From the NCBI GenBank assembly GCA_963666115.2, contig CAXXET010000004.1:472712-536711 (forward strand): a stretch of DNA of 64,000 nt. Direction: 5' to 3'. The translations under genes and the position numbers were made by a program. This DNA is from Dehalococcoidia bacterium (GTDB lineage Bacteria; Chloroflexota; Dehalococcoidia; UBA6926). The notes under the pieces are model-generated. The model did not search any database. It worked only from the letters and a program-made list of their open reading frames with translations, and was not told the DNA's origin. This document shows, one piece after another, positions 18,386 to 27,950 of the stretch (position 1 is its first letter; the number at the start of each line of letters is the position of its first letter).

Positions 18386-19613
18386 CAGCCTTCTTGAGGG
18401 CATCGATGAGTCGGTCAACGTCGTCGTTCGTATTGTAAACGTAGAAGCTGGCGCGGGCGGTGGCGGGGACGTTGAGGCGGCGCATGAGCGGCTGTGCGCA
18501 GTGATGCCCGGCGCGAATCTGCACGCCCTCCCAGTCCAGCGTCTGGGCGATGTCATGCGGGTGGATGGACTCAATGGCGAACGACACGACGCCGCCGCGC
18601 TGCTCCGCGTCCGGCGGGCCGTGCAGCGAGACACCCTCGCCGAGCGAGCGCATTTGCCGGAGCGCGTAATCCGTGATTTCGATCTCGTGTTGGCGGACGG
18701 CATCCATGCCGAGCGCGGTCAGATAATCAATTGCCGCGCCGAACGCGACGACGTCGGCAAAGTTCGGCGTGCCGGCCTCGAACTTCCAGGGCGGGTCTTT
18801 CCACGTGAAGCCGTCCTCGCGCACCTCCATGATCATCTCGCCGCCGCCCAGGAACGGGGGCATCTCATCAAGGAGCGCCGCCTTGCCGTAGAGCACGCCG
18901 ACGCCCGTCGGCCCCAGCATCTTGTGGGACGAAAAGACGTAGAAATCAGCGTCCATTTCGCGGACGTCCACGGCCATGTGAGGCGCTCCCTGCGCGCCGT
19001 CCACGATAGCGATTGCGCCCACGGCATGGGCCTTGTCCACCAGTTCGCGGACGGGATTCACGGTGCCGAGCACGTTTGAGACGTGCGTGAAGGAGACGGC
19101 CTTCGTGCGCTCCGTGATGAGGGTATCCAGGTCGGACAGGTCAAGGTAGCCGTCGTCCGTGACGGGGATGAAGCGGAGAACCGCGCCGCGCTCTTCGCAA
19201 ATCATGTGCCACGGCACGATGTTCGAGTGGTGCTCCATGAGGGTGACGAGGACTTCGTCGCCCTCGTCCAGGTTGGCGCGTCCCCACGCATAGGCGAGGA
19301 GGTTCAGGGATTCCGTCGTGTTGCGGGTAAAAACGATCTCGCTTGAGGATTCGGCGTTGATGAACGCGGCGGTCTTCTCGCGCGCGCCCTCGTAGGCTGC
19401 GGTCGATTCCTCCGAGAGGGTGTAGATGCCGCGGTGGACGTTCGCGTTGGAGGTGCGGTAGAAATCGGCCAGCGCGTCGATGACCTGCTTCGGCTTCTGC
19501 GACGTGGCCGTGCTGTCCAGGTAGACGACAGGGTTGCCGTTGATGACGCGGGACAGTATCGGAAAGTCGCCGCGAACGGCTTCGACGTCCAGTTGAGATG
19601 GGTGATCAGGCAC
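18363..19613 (-). CDS. sufS: Cysteine desulfurase
   Basis: YLDSTATSQKP, SSHKMLGPTG, RAGHHCAQP. Confidence 0.95.
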   Translation of the reverse strand: MPDHPSQLDVEAVRGDFPILSRVINGNPVVYLDSTATSQKPKQVIDALADFYRTSNANVHRGIYTLSEESTAAYEGAREKTAAFINAESSSEIVFTRNTTESLNLLAYAWGRANLDEGDEVLVTLMEHHSNIVPWHMICEERGAVLRFIPVTDDGYLDLSDLDTLITERTKAVSFTHVSNVLGTVNPVRELVDKAHAVGAIAIVDGAQGAPHMAVDVREMDADFYVFSSHKMLGPTGVGVLYGKAALLDEMPPFLGGGEMIMEVREDGFTWKDPPWKFEAGTPNFADVVAFGAAIDYLTALGMDAVRQHEIEITDYALRQMRSLGEGVSLHGPPDAEQRGGVVSFAIESIHPHDIAQTLDWEGVQIRAGHHCAQPLMRRLNVPATARASFYVYNTNDDVDRLIDALKKAGELFGRQ

Positions 19614-19642
19614 GGGGGCCGGCCTTGCGCAGCGCCGCCGCG

Positions 19643-20440
19643 CTATTGCGACGCCGGCGCGACCGCGCTGCCTGCGCCGGACCGGATGAGGTCATAGCCG
19701 TGTTCCTCAAGGTCATGGGCGAGTTCCGGGCCTCCCGACCTGACGATTGCGCCGTCCAGCATGACGTGAACGGTGTCCGGCTCGATGTAGTTGAAGATGC
19801 GCGTGTAGTGGGTGATGAGCAGGATGCCCATTTCCTCATGCCGCAGTTGGTTGACGCCGTGCGAGACCGTTCGCAGCGCGTCGATGTCCAGGCCGGAGTC
19901 CGTCTCATCGAGGATGGCGAGGGTGGGATCGAGGACGGCGAGTTGAAGAATCTCGCTGCGCTTCTTCTCACCGCCGGAGAAGCCGGAGTTGACGTAGCGC
20001 ACGGCAAACGAACGATCCATGCCGAGCGTGTCCATCTTCTCATTCACCATCTGCCGGAACTCGACCAGCGGCATCTCGTCGTCGCGGTGGGCGTTCACCA
20101 TCTGCCGCAGGAAGTTGATCAACGTGACACCGGCGATCTCCACGGGGTACTGCGATGCCAAAAAGATGCCGTCAAGCGAACGCTGGTCGGGCAGGTCTAG
20201 CGTGATGTCCTTGCCCTTGTAGAGGATGCGGCCGCCGGTGACGACGTAGCGAGGGTTGCCCATGAGGGTATTGGCGAGGGTGCTCTTGCCGGAGCCGTTG
20301 GGCCCCATGACGGTGTTGACCTTGCCGGTGGGAATCTCCAGGTTGACGCCCTTGAGAATCTCCTTGCCGTCCACCTCGACGCGGAGATCCTCCACGACCA
20401 TGACGGCATTTCCGTTGCTGCTCGTGGTAGTGGTGGACAC
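19643..20440 (-). CDS. sufC: Fe-S cluster assembly ATPase
   Basis: GPNGSGKST, FSGGEKKRSEILQ, LDETDSGLDIDAL. Confidence 0.95.
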   Translation of the reverse strand: MSTTTTSSNGNAVMVVEDLRVEVDGKEILKGVNLEIPTGKVNTVMGPNGSGKSTLANTLMGNPRYVVTGGRILYKGKDITLDLPDQRSLDGIFLASQYPVEIAGVTLINFLRQMVNAHRDDEMPLVEFRQMVNEKMDTLGMDRSFAVRYVNSGFSGGEKKRSEILQLAVLDPTLAILDETDSGLDIDALRTVSHGVNQLRHEEMGILLITHYTRIFNYIEPDTVHVMLDGAIVRSGGPELAHDLEEHGYDLIRSGAGSAVAPASQ

Positions 20441-20556
20441 TGGCTAAGGCTCCCTGCGCGCGGCTGTTGGCGAAAGATGCGGACAATTCACGCTGTGCAG
20501 TCATTCTACGGAACGGCGGCAAGGCGTGGCAAGGCGGGGAATGGATACACTGGATC

Positions 20557-21594
20557 ATGGCCTCCGAAATCTACCGACCATCTGACAAGGACATAGACGC
20601 CGCCGGACGGGCGCTGGTGGAGCGTTTGGATACGCCTGCCGACGACCAGCAGTGGATCGATGCGGCTGTGCTGGTTGACGCATGGCGACGCTCTCACAGC
20701 ATCCCATTGCAGACCTTCAGAGCGAACCTGCGGAACAGGGCAGGAAGCAGGGCAATCGTTGCCCAGCGGCTCAAGCGCCTCCCGTCCATCATTGGGAAAC
20801 TCCAACGGCTTTCGAGGATTCGACTCTCCCGGATGCAGGACATTGGCGGATGCCGCGTCATCATGCCCACTGCGGATGAAGCGCTCCATCTAGCCGGAGA
20901 CTTCGCGGGAAGCCGCATCCGCCACGAACTGGTGAGGAGCCAGGACTACATCAACGAACCCAGGAAGACCGGGTATCGCGGCATTCACCTGATTTATTCC
21001 TATCGCAGCGAGCGGCGGGATGATCTCAATGGCCTGGGCGTTGAGATTCAACTCCGTTCCCAACTCCAGCATCAATGGGCTACCGCTGTCGAAACTGTGG
21101 GAACGTACATTGGGGAGGATCTCAAGTCCGGGAGGGGCGACCCTGACTGGCTCCGCTTCTTTGAGTTGATGAGCGCAGTGATCGCGCATCGGGAGGGCAA
21201 GCCCGGAGTTCCCAATACGCCGTCAGATCATCGAGAACTGGTAGGCGCCGTCCAGGAAATCGCCGGGCGCATGAACGTCCTGGAACGCGTCAACGCGTTT
21301 CAGGAGGTGACCCGTCAACTGCCTCGTTTCCGAAAGGACACGGGCTACTGGCACGTCTTGGAGTTGGATATGGAGGCCCTGCAAATCAGGGGGTTTTCGT
21401 TCGGGCAGTCAGGGCTTGATGTAGCCTCGTCGCTCTACCGGGACAAGGAGGTCGAGAACAGGGGGAATCGGAAAGTCGATGTCGTCCTCGTCTCTGCGGA
21501 TTCGGTGCGAGATTTGCAGAAGGCGTACCCGAACTACTTCACCGATATTCAAGCGTTCCTAGAGTTGCTTCACGATACGCTTGAGGCAGCCTGA
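20557..21594 (+). CDS. RelA/SpoT small alarmone synthetase-domain protein, CapRel-like fused toxin-antitoxin
   Basis: QRLKRLPSIIGKL, MQDIGGCR, GYRGIHL, EIQLRSQLQHQWATAVE; C-terminal VVLVS...AYPNYF (YxxY). Confidence 0.8.
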   Translation: MASEIYRPSDKDIDAAGRALVERLDTPADDQQWIDAAVLVDAWRRSHSIPLQTFRANLRNRAGSRAIVAQRLKRLPSIIGKLQRLSRIRLSRMQDIGGCRVIMPTADEALHLAGDFAGSRIRHELVRSQDYINEPRKTGYRGIHLIYSYRSERRDDLNGLGVEIQLRSQLQHQWATAVETVGTYIGEDLKSGRGDPDWLRFFELMSAVIAHREGKPGVPNTPSDHRELVGAVQEIAGRMNVLERVNAFQEVTRQLPRFRKDTGYWHVLELDMEALQIRGFSFGQSGLDVASSLYRDKEVENRGNRKVDVVLVSADSVRDLQKAYPNYFTDIQAFLELLHDTLEAA

Positions 21595-21734
21595 CCCGCA
21601 GCTTCCCTGGTCTTGCGCTCCTTCGCGCGCTGTTGCCGGGCCATGACCTGCTTGACGATCCTGTCGAGCCTCTCCGACGGGGTCTCATCCTTGTTCTTCG
21701 GCGCTCGCCTGACCTTGGCCACCACGGCATTCAC
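21570..21734 (-). CDS. Small basic hypothetical protein (~50 aa)
   Basis: VNAVVAKVRRAPKNKDETPSERLDRIVKQVMARQQRAKE...; GAGG and a TACAAT upstream; start uncertain. Confidence 0.4.
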   Translation of the reverse strand: MNAVVAKVRRAPKNKDETPSERLDRIVKQVMARQQRAKERKTREAAGQAASSVS

Positions 21735-21846
21735 CTCTGCACAAATCTCCAATTCATTAGTACTAAACAATTGTAGCACGCTATCCACTGTACAGACGGT
21801 GCGCGATGGCCGCAAATGGCGCAGGCGCTCGCCTCCTACCCGTCTC

Positions 21847-23247
21847 CTACCCGCCTCCACCGCCGGAGAAGCCGGGTTCGGTCATCTTGGCGGCGTCCAG
21901 GATGTCTTCGAGGGCGGCTTCGCCGAGTTCGGTTGTGCGCAGCGCCACCTGCCGCACGGTCTCGCCCGTTTCCGACGCCTCATGCGCGATTGCGGCAGCG
22001 GCATCGTAGCCGATCACCGGCGCGAGCGCCGTGCAGATGGCCAGCCCCTGTTCCACGGTCTCCGGGCCGCGCTCCGTCGCGACCAGTCCCTCGATGCACT
22101 GCTCACGGAAATTGTCCGCCTCAGCGGCGAGCAGGTCGATGGACTGGAGGAGGTTGTGCGCGGCGACGGGCATCATGACGTTCAGTTCAAAGTTGCTGCC
22201 CTGCGCGTCCGCTATCGTGACTGTCACGTGGTTGCCCATGACCTGCGCGACGGCCTGCGCGACGGACTCCGCGATAACGGGGTTGATCTTGCCGGGCATG
22301 ATGGACGAGCCGGGCTGAACCTCCGGCAAGGCGATCTCCGCGAATCCAGCGCGCGGGCCCGAGCCGAGCCAGCGCACGTCATTGGCGATCTTCAACATGC
22401 TGACGGCGACGGTGTTCAGGACGCCGCTCGCCTCCGTGACGGCGTTCAGCGTGCTCTGCGCCTGGAAGTGGTTCTCCGTCTCGCGGATGTCGAGGCCGGT
22501 GGCGGACGCGAGGCGCGCGCAGACCATCCCGGAGAACTCCACGTCTCGACCGATGCCCGTCCCAACCGCCGTGCCGCCGAGCGGAACCTCGCACAACTCA
22601 TCGACGGCGTGGCGCAAACGACGGACGGCCCGCTCCATCTGGCCCGCATGGCCCAAAAACTCCTGGCCGAGGCGGATGGGCGTGGCGTCCTGCAGGTGCG
22701 TCCTGCCGGTCTTGATAACGTCCCAAAACGCCGCCGATTTGTCCGCCAACGCCTGCTGCAGGCGCTCCAACGCAGGCACGAGTTCAATGGCGATGCCGTG
22801 CGCGGCGGCGACCTGTATCGCCGTCGGGATGACATCGTTGGAGGATTGGCCGCGGTTGACGTGGTCGTTTGGGTGAACCATGCGGGAACCGGCGTCGCCG
22901 CCGAGGATCTGCGCCGCGCGGTTGGCGATGACCTCGTTTGCGTTCATATTCGTGGAGGTGCCAGAGCCTGTTTGAAAAATATCCAGGACGAAGTGGGCGT
23001 CGTGCTCCCCGTCCATGACCTCCTGCGCCGCCGATTTGACGGCGGCGGCCATCTCCGGCGCGATGCCGCCCATCTGTTCGTTGACCTCCGCGGCGGAGCG
23101 CTTGATCAGCGCGAGGGCGCGGATGAAGCTGCGGGAGAAGCGCAGGTCGCTGATGGGAAAGTTGCGGACGGCGCGCTGCGTCTGCGCGCCCCACAGGGCA
23201 TCGTCCGGCACCTCCATCTCGCCCATTGAGTCACGTTCGATGCGCAT
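21847..23247 (-). CDS. fumC: Class II fumarate hydratase
   Basis: MRIERDSMG, QTGSGTSTNMNANE, GRTHLQDATP, GSSIMPGKINP. Confidence 0.92.
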   Translation of the reverse strand: MRIERDSMGEMEVPDDALWGAQTQRAVRNFPISDLRFSRSFIRALALIKRSAAEVNEQMGGIAPEMAAAVKSAAQEVMDGEHDAHFVLDIFQTGSGTSTNMNANEVIANRAAQILGGDAGSRMVHPNDHVNRGQSSNDVIPTAIQVAAAHGIAIELVPALERLQQALADKSAAFWDVIKTGRTHLQDATPIRLGQEFLGHAGQMERAVRRLRHAVDELCEVPLGGTAVGTGIGRDVEFSGMVCARLASATGLDIRETENHFQAQSTLNAVTEASGVLNTVAVSMLKIANDVRWLGSGPRAGFAEIALPEVQPGSSIMPGKINPVIAESVAQAVAQVMGNHVTVTIADAQGSNFELNVMMPVAAHNLLQSIDLLAAEADNFREQCIEGLVATERGPETVEQGLAICTALAPVIGYDAAAAIAHEASETGETVRQVALRTTELGEAALEDILDAAKMTEPGFSGGGGG

Positions 23248-23254
23248 CGGGTGA

Positions 23255-24649
23255 TTATCCTCCTGTTGTCATGTGGTCCGGCGAAAGAGATTCCCGCGCC
23301 CCGGTCAGTGAAGAGGCCGTCACGCTCAAGAATCCCTGGTAGCGGCGGGCGGACAGGCGCGGCGCGGGATTTCCGGAGCTGTCCGCGATGAAATGCCGCG
23401 CGCGGCGGGCGGCCTCAGATTCTCCCGGGTTCGGCAAGACGGCGTAGACCTGCCGCGTCCTCCGTTCCAGGTCAGTGTCCGATTCATAATCCGCCACGGC
23501 AAGCAGGAACGGCAGGACGGCCGTTGCCAGCATGTCCAATGCCCGCCCCCGGCCGATGAGCGCGGACGGCTTGTTGGGGATGACGAGCGCACCGGTCAAC
23601 CGCGCTGCCGCGTCTCGCGGGCTTTCGGCCTCGACAACCGCGCCCCTCAGATCGCTGAGCAGCCCCGGCCCATCCAGCCAGCGCCGCATGAGTTCGACCG
23701 CAGCGGCCATCCGCCTAGCCGGGTGGTTGTCCGGCCTGACGCGAAACGTCTGCCACGACCGGCGCGGCAGCGATTCCAGCCCCGGGTGTTGCGCCCATTC
23801 CGTCTCCGCCGCCGCCGTGAACCGGTCATGGGCGCGCGACGGCAGCAGCCCCGCCGTCCCGAACAGGAGGCCTGCCAGGCGCGCCAGGCGCGCATCCTCG
23901 TCACCCGCGCCGACTGTCAAGCCGCGCAGCGTGTCAATCGGCATGAGCCGCGCGACTTCCTGGAACGCGGTCATATTGCGGATGTACCCCAGCCCCCTGA
24001 AAATGGCCTCGTAGAGAACCTGCTCTTGCCCGACGACAGCGATATCGCCCTCCATGGACGCCGCCCGCTCCTCGAGCCGCGCGTCGCCCAGCGCATCGAG
24101 CATCGCGGCTGCATCGCGCGGCTTTCCCATGCCGGTAAGCAACAGACCGGGCGATGAGGCTGTGGCTGCCGTGGCCGCGCGCTTCCGCCGGCGCGCGCCT
24201 TGACGCATTTCAAGCACGGGCGCTCCGGCTATCTCCGTCATGCCCTGCGCGTCCTCAACGACGTGCAGGACGACGCTGGCAAAGGCCGGGTTCGGCTCGT
24301 GTCCATGCGCGAACCAGTCTGAGGCGCGCAGGTGCATCTCAACGTCGCCGCGGATGATGCGGCGCGGCCGGCCGGGGGCATCCATCGCGATGACCGCGCC
24401 GAGGAAGTCCGGGCCGTCTCCTGAATTGCGGGCGCCGGCGTGAATGACATCGACTTTCGAACCCGTGACCGTTCTCAGGCGGCGTCCCCGCCCGTTCCCC
24501 GCGCCGGCCTGCCATGCGTCGCAGAGGTGTTTCTCGCTTGGCCAGCCACCCGGCGTCCCGGACGCGCTGGCGGCATAATGAGCCGCCCCGTCGCGAACAA
24601 CGAACCTGACGGACTGCCTGATACCTGTTGCTGCATCAATCCCGCGCAT
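23255..24649 (-). CDS. DUF2851-like protein
   Basis: GPDF, GDVEMH, DWFAHGH, VVLHVV, VRPDNHPARR; start uncertain. Confidence 0.7.
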   Translation of the reverse strand: MRGIDAATGIRQSVRFVVRDGAAHYAASASGTPGGWPSEKHLCDAWQAGAGNGRGRRLRTVTGSKVDVIHAGARNSGDGPDFLGAVIAMDAPGRPRRIIRGDVEMHLRASDWFAHGHEPNPAFASVVLHVVEDAQGMTEIAGAPVLEMRQGARRRKRAATAATASSPGLLLTGMGKPRDAAAMLDALGDARLEERAASMEGDIAVVGQEQVLYEAIFRGLGYIRNMTAFQEVARLMPIDTLRGLTVGAGDEDARLARLAGLLFGTAGLLPSRAHDRFTAAAETEWAQHPGLESLPRRSWQTFRVRPDNHPARRMAAAVELMRRWLDGPGLLSDLRGAVVEAESPRDAAARLTGALVIPNKPSALIGRGRALDMLATAVLPFLLAVADYESDTDLERRTRQVYAVLPNPGESEAARRARHFIADSSGNPAPRLSARRYQGFLSVTASSLTGARESLSPDHMTTGG

Positions 24650-24671
24650 AACAGGAGTGTAGCGCACGTGT

Positions 24672-25985
24672 TCAACTCCTGGTCTGGCCGTCTCCGACAA
24701 TGGTCCACTTGTAGGACGTCAACTCCCGCAGCCCCATCGGCCCGCGCGCGTGCAGCTTGTTGGTGCTGATGGCAACCTCCGCGCCCAGCCCCAGCTGCCC
24801 GCCGTCCGTGAACCTGCTTGACGCGTTGACGATCACCGCCGCCGCGTCCACCTCGTCCAGAAACCGCGCTGCGTTCTCGTCGCTCGTCGTCAGGATCGCC
24901 TCCGTGTGGCCGGAGCCGTATTCTGCGATGTGCTCAAGCGCCTCGTCGATGGAATCGACCACCTTGACAGCGGCGGTGAGGGAGAGGAACTCGCGGCCCC
25001 AATCGTCCTCGACGGCGGTGATGACCCGCGTGGGAGGCTCGGGCCCGATCAGCGAGAGAGCGCGCCTGTCCGCGTGAACCTCCACGTTATCCCGCGCCCA
25101 TGCGCTCACGATCGCAGGCAAGACCTGCGGGGCGGCCTGCGCATGGACGAGCAGCGTGTCCAGCGCATTGCACACCGTGGGACGCTGCACCTTGGCGTTG
25201 TAGGCGATGGCAACGGCCTGCTCAACATCGGCGCCGGCGTCAACGTACGTGTGGCATACGCCGATGCCGCCGGTCACGACGGGTATCCGCGCGTTGTCAC
25301 GCACGAAGCGGATGAGCGTGTCGCTGCCGCGCGGGATCAAAAGGTCTATCCCGCCCTCGTACACCAGCATCTGGCCGACAATGGCCCGGTCCGTGGACTC
25401 GATGATCTGCGCGGCGTCGCGCGGCAGCCCGGCATCCTCCAATGCCTCGCGCACGATACCCGCGAGCGTCGTCGTGGAGTTGATGGCCTCTTTGCCGCCC
25501 CGCAGGATGACGGCGTTGCCGGACTTGATGCAGAGGGCGGCGATGTCGATGGTGACGTTCGGGCGGCTCTCATAGACGGCGGCGATGACGCCGAGCGGCA
25601 CGCGCCGGCGGCAGACGCGGAGGCCGTTCGCCAGAGTCGATGCATCGAACTCCTCGCCGATGGGGTCGGGCAAGTTGATCGTAGCGCGCACGTCGGCGGC
25701 CATTCCCCGCACGCGCTCCTCGTTCAGAAGGAGACGATCCAGCAGGACGTCCGACATGCCGTCTGCCTGTGCCGCCTCATAGTCCCGCGAGTTGGCCGCG
25801 ACGATCTCGCCGGAACGCTCCTCCAGCAGGGCCGCAATACGCTCAAGCGCGGCGTCCTTCTGCCCGGTGGACGCCCGCGAAAGAGGGCGGCTCGCCGTGC
25901 GCGCCGCCTGCGCCTTGCTGACAAGCTCCTCGGAAAGCTCGCCTGTTTCCGTTGTTCGTACCGCAGTTGCCGTCATCGGGTTCAC
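24672..25985 (-). CDS. proA: Gamma-glutamyl phosphate reductase
   Basis: YESRPNVT, LRGGKEA, VCNALDTLL, KLHARGPMGL. Confidence 0.95.
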   Translation of the reverse strand: MNPMTATAVRTTETGELSEELVSKAQAARTASRPLSRASTGQKDAALERIAALLEERSGEIVAANSRDYEAAQADGMSDVLLDRLLLNEERVRGMAADVRATINLPDPIGEEFDASTLANGLRVCRRRVPLGVIAAVYESRPNVTIDIAALCIKSGNAVILRGGKEAINSTTTLAGIVREALEDAGLPRDAAQIIESTDRAIVGQMLVYEGGIDLLIPRGSDTLIRFVRDNARIPVVTGGIGVCHTYVDAGADVEQAVAIAYNAKVQRPTVCNALDTLLVHAQAAPQVLPAIVSAWARDNVEVHADRRALSLIGPEPPTRVITAVEDDWGREFLSLTAAVKVVDSIDEALEHIAEYGSGHTEAILTTSDENAARFLDEVDAAAVIVNASSRFTDGGQLGLGAEVAISTNKLHARGPMGLRELTSYKWTIVGDGQTRS

Positions 25986-26066
25986 TCACTCATCCGTTAT
26001 GTTGCCGCTCATTCAATTGTAGTGGCGCAAAGCGGAGGCGTTCAAACGTGGGAACCGGCGACTGCC

Positions 26067-26660
26067 TTATGCTTCGCGCAGGTTATCGAGCAGCCGCTTG
26101 GCGTGGGGCGACGCGGCGGCCACCTTGTCCGGGTCGATTACTCCGATCAACTCAAAGCCATCCCTACCCTTGCGATATTCGCCCCTTGCCGTGCGTCGGG
26201 TGGCATTGGCCAAACCGCTGAGCACGTCATCCTTTGGGATTTCCTCTATGGCAGCCGGATTGCCAGGCAAGCTGTTCGGCCGGAACTCGTTGCCGAAGAA
26301 AGTGCTAAGGGCGTCACGATCGGCGAGAAACCACGATTCCATCACTTGAACCATGAGGTGGCAGTCGTCGCCCGCCGACCCCTGTGGCCGCTGCCATCCG
26401 TCCTGTTCGCGAAGGTGCTGCCATGGGTCAGCGGCTGTTACCGGCCCCTCTGCATCGACAAGCAGCATTGCGTCGCTATTGTCCCTGTCAACGGCGTTCG
26501 AAAAATCGTCGTAAGCGCTTTCCCGGCTGCCACACAGATTGACTCGTGGCATCCTGCCCTGCAGGTTAGCCTTCTCAAAGAACTTTTGAAACGCCTGCCG
26601 CTCAGCTGAATTGACTCGCCTGCGACTGCTGCCGCCCTCTACGAAGATCGTCGCACTCAC
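26067..26660 (-). CDS. DUF4276-like (TOPRIM-like) protein
   Basis: IFVEGG, LLVDAEG, MVQVMESWFLAD, YRKG; overlaps the ATPase stop. Confidence 0.75.
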   Translation of the reverse strand: MSATIFVEGGSSRRRVNSAERQAFQKFFEKANLQGRMPRVNLCGSRESAYDDFSNAVDRDNSDAMLLVDAEGPVTAADPWQHLREQDGWQRPQGSAGDDCHLMVQVMESWFLADRDALSTFFGNEFRPNSLPGNPAAIEEIPKDDVLSGLANATRRTARGEYRKGRDGFELIGVIDPDKVAAASPHAKRLLDNLREA

Positions 26661-27859
26661 CAGCGGTTGCCCCCGATGTGACCGCGGCTCCACAACTCGC
26701 CCAGGCTGTATTTCTCAAGCCAGTCCTTGAGATCATCCTTATCAAGCCGTCGTAGCTCAGTACCGTTGTCACCCCTTTCCGTGACAATGACGGACTCAGG
26801 GGTGTCAGACAGGGCATCGACGAGGATGTCTGAGTGTGTCGTGACGACTAGTTGAGTACGCTCTGAGGTTTCGCGCAGGAGCTTGGCGATTTCAGGGATG
26901 ATGTCGGGGTGCAGGCCCTTCTCCGGCTCTTCAAGGCAGATGAGGGGCGGCAGTTCCGGTTGACAGAGGATCGCTAAGAGGCACAGGTACTGGAGGCTCC
27001 CGTCTGACATCCGCATAGCGGGGATTGGAGCATCCAGGCCATCCTCGTGAAATGCCGTGTGGATGAATGATCCCGTCACAACGGTGCGAATGTCCTTTAT
27101 CCGCGGATAGAACTCACGCAACCGCCCAACGATCTCATCTTTCGCTTTCGGGCTGCTCTCCATGCTGTTGAGTACCGTGCTTAGATTGGCACCGCTCTCC
27201 ATCAGCGAACCAGGCATGCCCGGGGTTTGGGGGCGCCGGATTTCAGAGAACCGCCCAGTGTCAAATGACCCGTAAGATCGAATACCCATAAATTCGTCGG
27301 ACAGCAAAAATATCTCCGGATAAGCGATTGACTCACGAAGTTGGACAAGTATCGACTTGTCCGAATCGAAGTGAGGCGCCGTCAATTCGGTTGTCTCTCG
27401 TGATTGGGAGTCCCAGTCCGTTCGAACCGCCGTTGCGGCACGCTTGTCCCTTCTATACTCGTAGAGAGTCTCCCAATATGCCGTAGAGCGGCTGCCCTTC
27501 CGCTTGATCCATATGCGCTCACTGGCTATATCCACTCCGAGAGAAAGCAACGCCTTCACCAAGGACAACTCGTACCGTATGCCGCCAATATACGGAGGAT
27601 TGACTCCTATTGTCGCCACTCCTGTACGACCCTGCCCCTTCCAGAGCCACTCATCAATTCCCCCACCATCATGTATCGCCTTGTCCAAATCAGTAGCCGC
27701 CGCCTTTAGCAGGCCAACGGCGTGGATGAAGTTGGACTTGCCTGTCGCGTTCGGTCCGATGAGGACGTTGAGCGGCTCCAGGTCGATGGCCGTTTCTTCC
27801 GGCCCGAACGAGAGGATGCCGCTCAGCCGCAGCGCGCTAATCAGCCTGTTGTCAGCCAA
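26657..27859 (-). CDS. ABC/AAA_21-type ATPase (COG4637-like)
   Basis: LIGPNATGKSN, MSDGS, CLEEPEKGLHP, VTTHS, LGELW. Confidence 0.85.
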   Translation of the reverse strand: MADNRLISALRLSGILSFGPEETAIDLEPLNVLIGPNATGKSNFIHAVGLLKAAATDLDKAIHDGGGIDEWLWKGQGRTGVATIGVNPPYIGGIRYELSLVKALLSLGVDIASERIWIKRKGSRSTAYWETLYEYRRDKRAATAVRTDWDSQSRETTELTAPHFDSDKSILVQLRESIAYPEIFLLSDEFMGIRSYGSFDTGRFSEIRRPQTPGMPGSLMESGANLSTVLNSMESSPKAKDEIVGRLREFYPRIKDIRTVVTGSFIHTAFHEDGLDAPIPAMRMSDGSLQYLCLLAILCQPELPPLICLEEPEKGLHPDIIPEIAKLLRETSERTQLVVTTHSDILVDALSDTPESVIVTERGDNGTELRRLDKDDLKDWLEKYSLGELWSRGHIGGNRW

Positions 27860-27950
27860 CGACCTTGCCTCCTCTCATCGCGTCTCATCGGTTGCAGGCG
27901 CCATGACCGCACCGCCCAACTATTCTAACCTGTCTAACCCGCCACTAATC

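Noticed and set aside
21613-23229. 538-aa plus-strand ORF and similar long antisense ORFs (e.g. 522-1649, 3583-5010, 24906-26609, 31079-32674)
   Set aside because: Shadow frames opposite well-supported genes, expected in high-GC DNA; no recognisable motifs
26067-27859. Naming the ATPase pair as PARIS
   Set aside because: The partner looks DUF4276-like rather than AriB/DUF4435; only an architectural analogy can be supported
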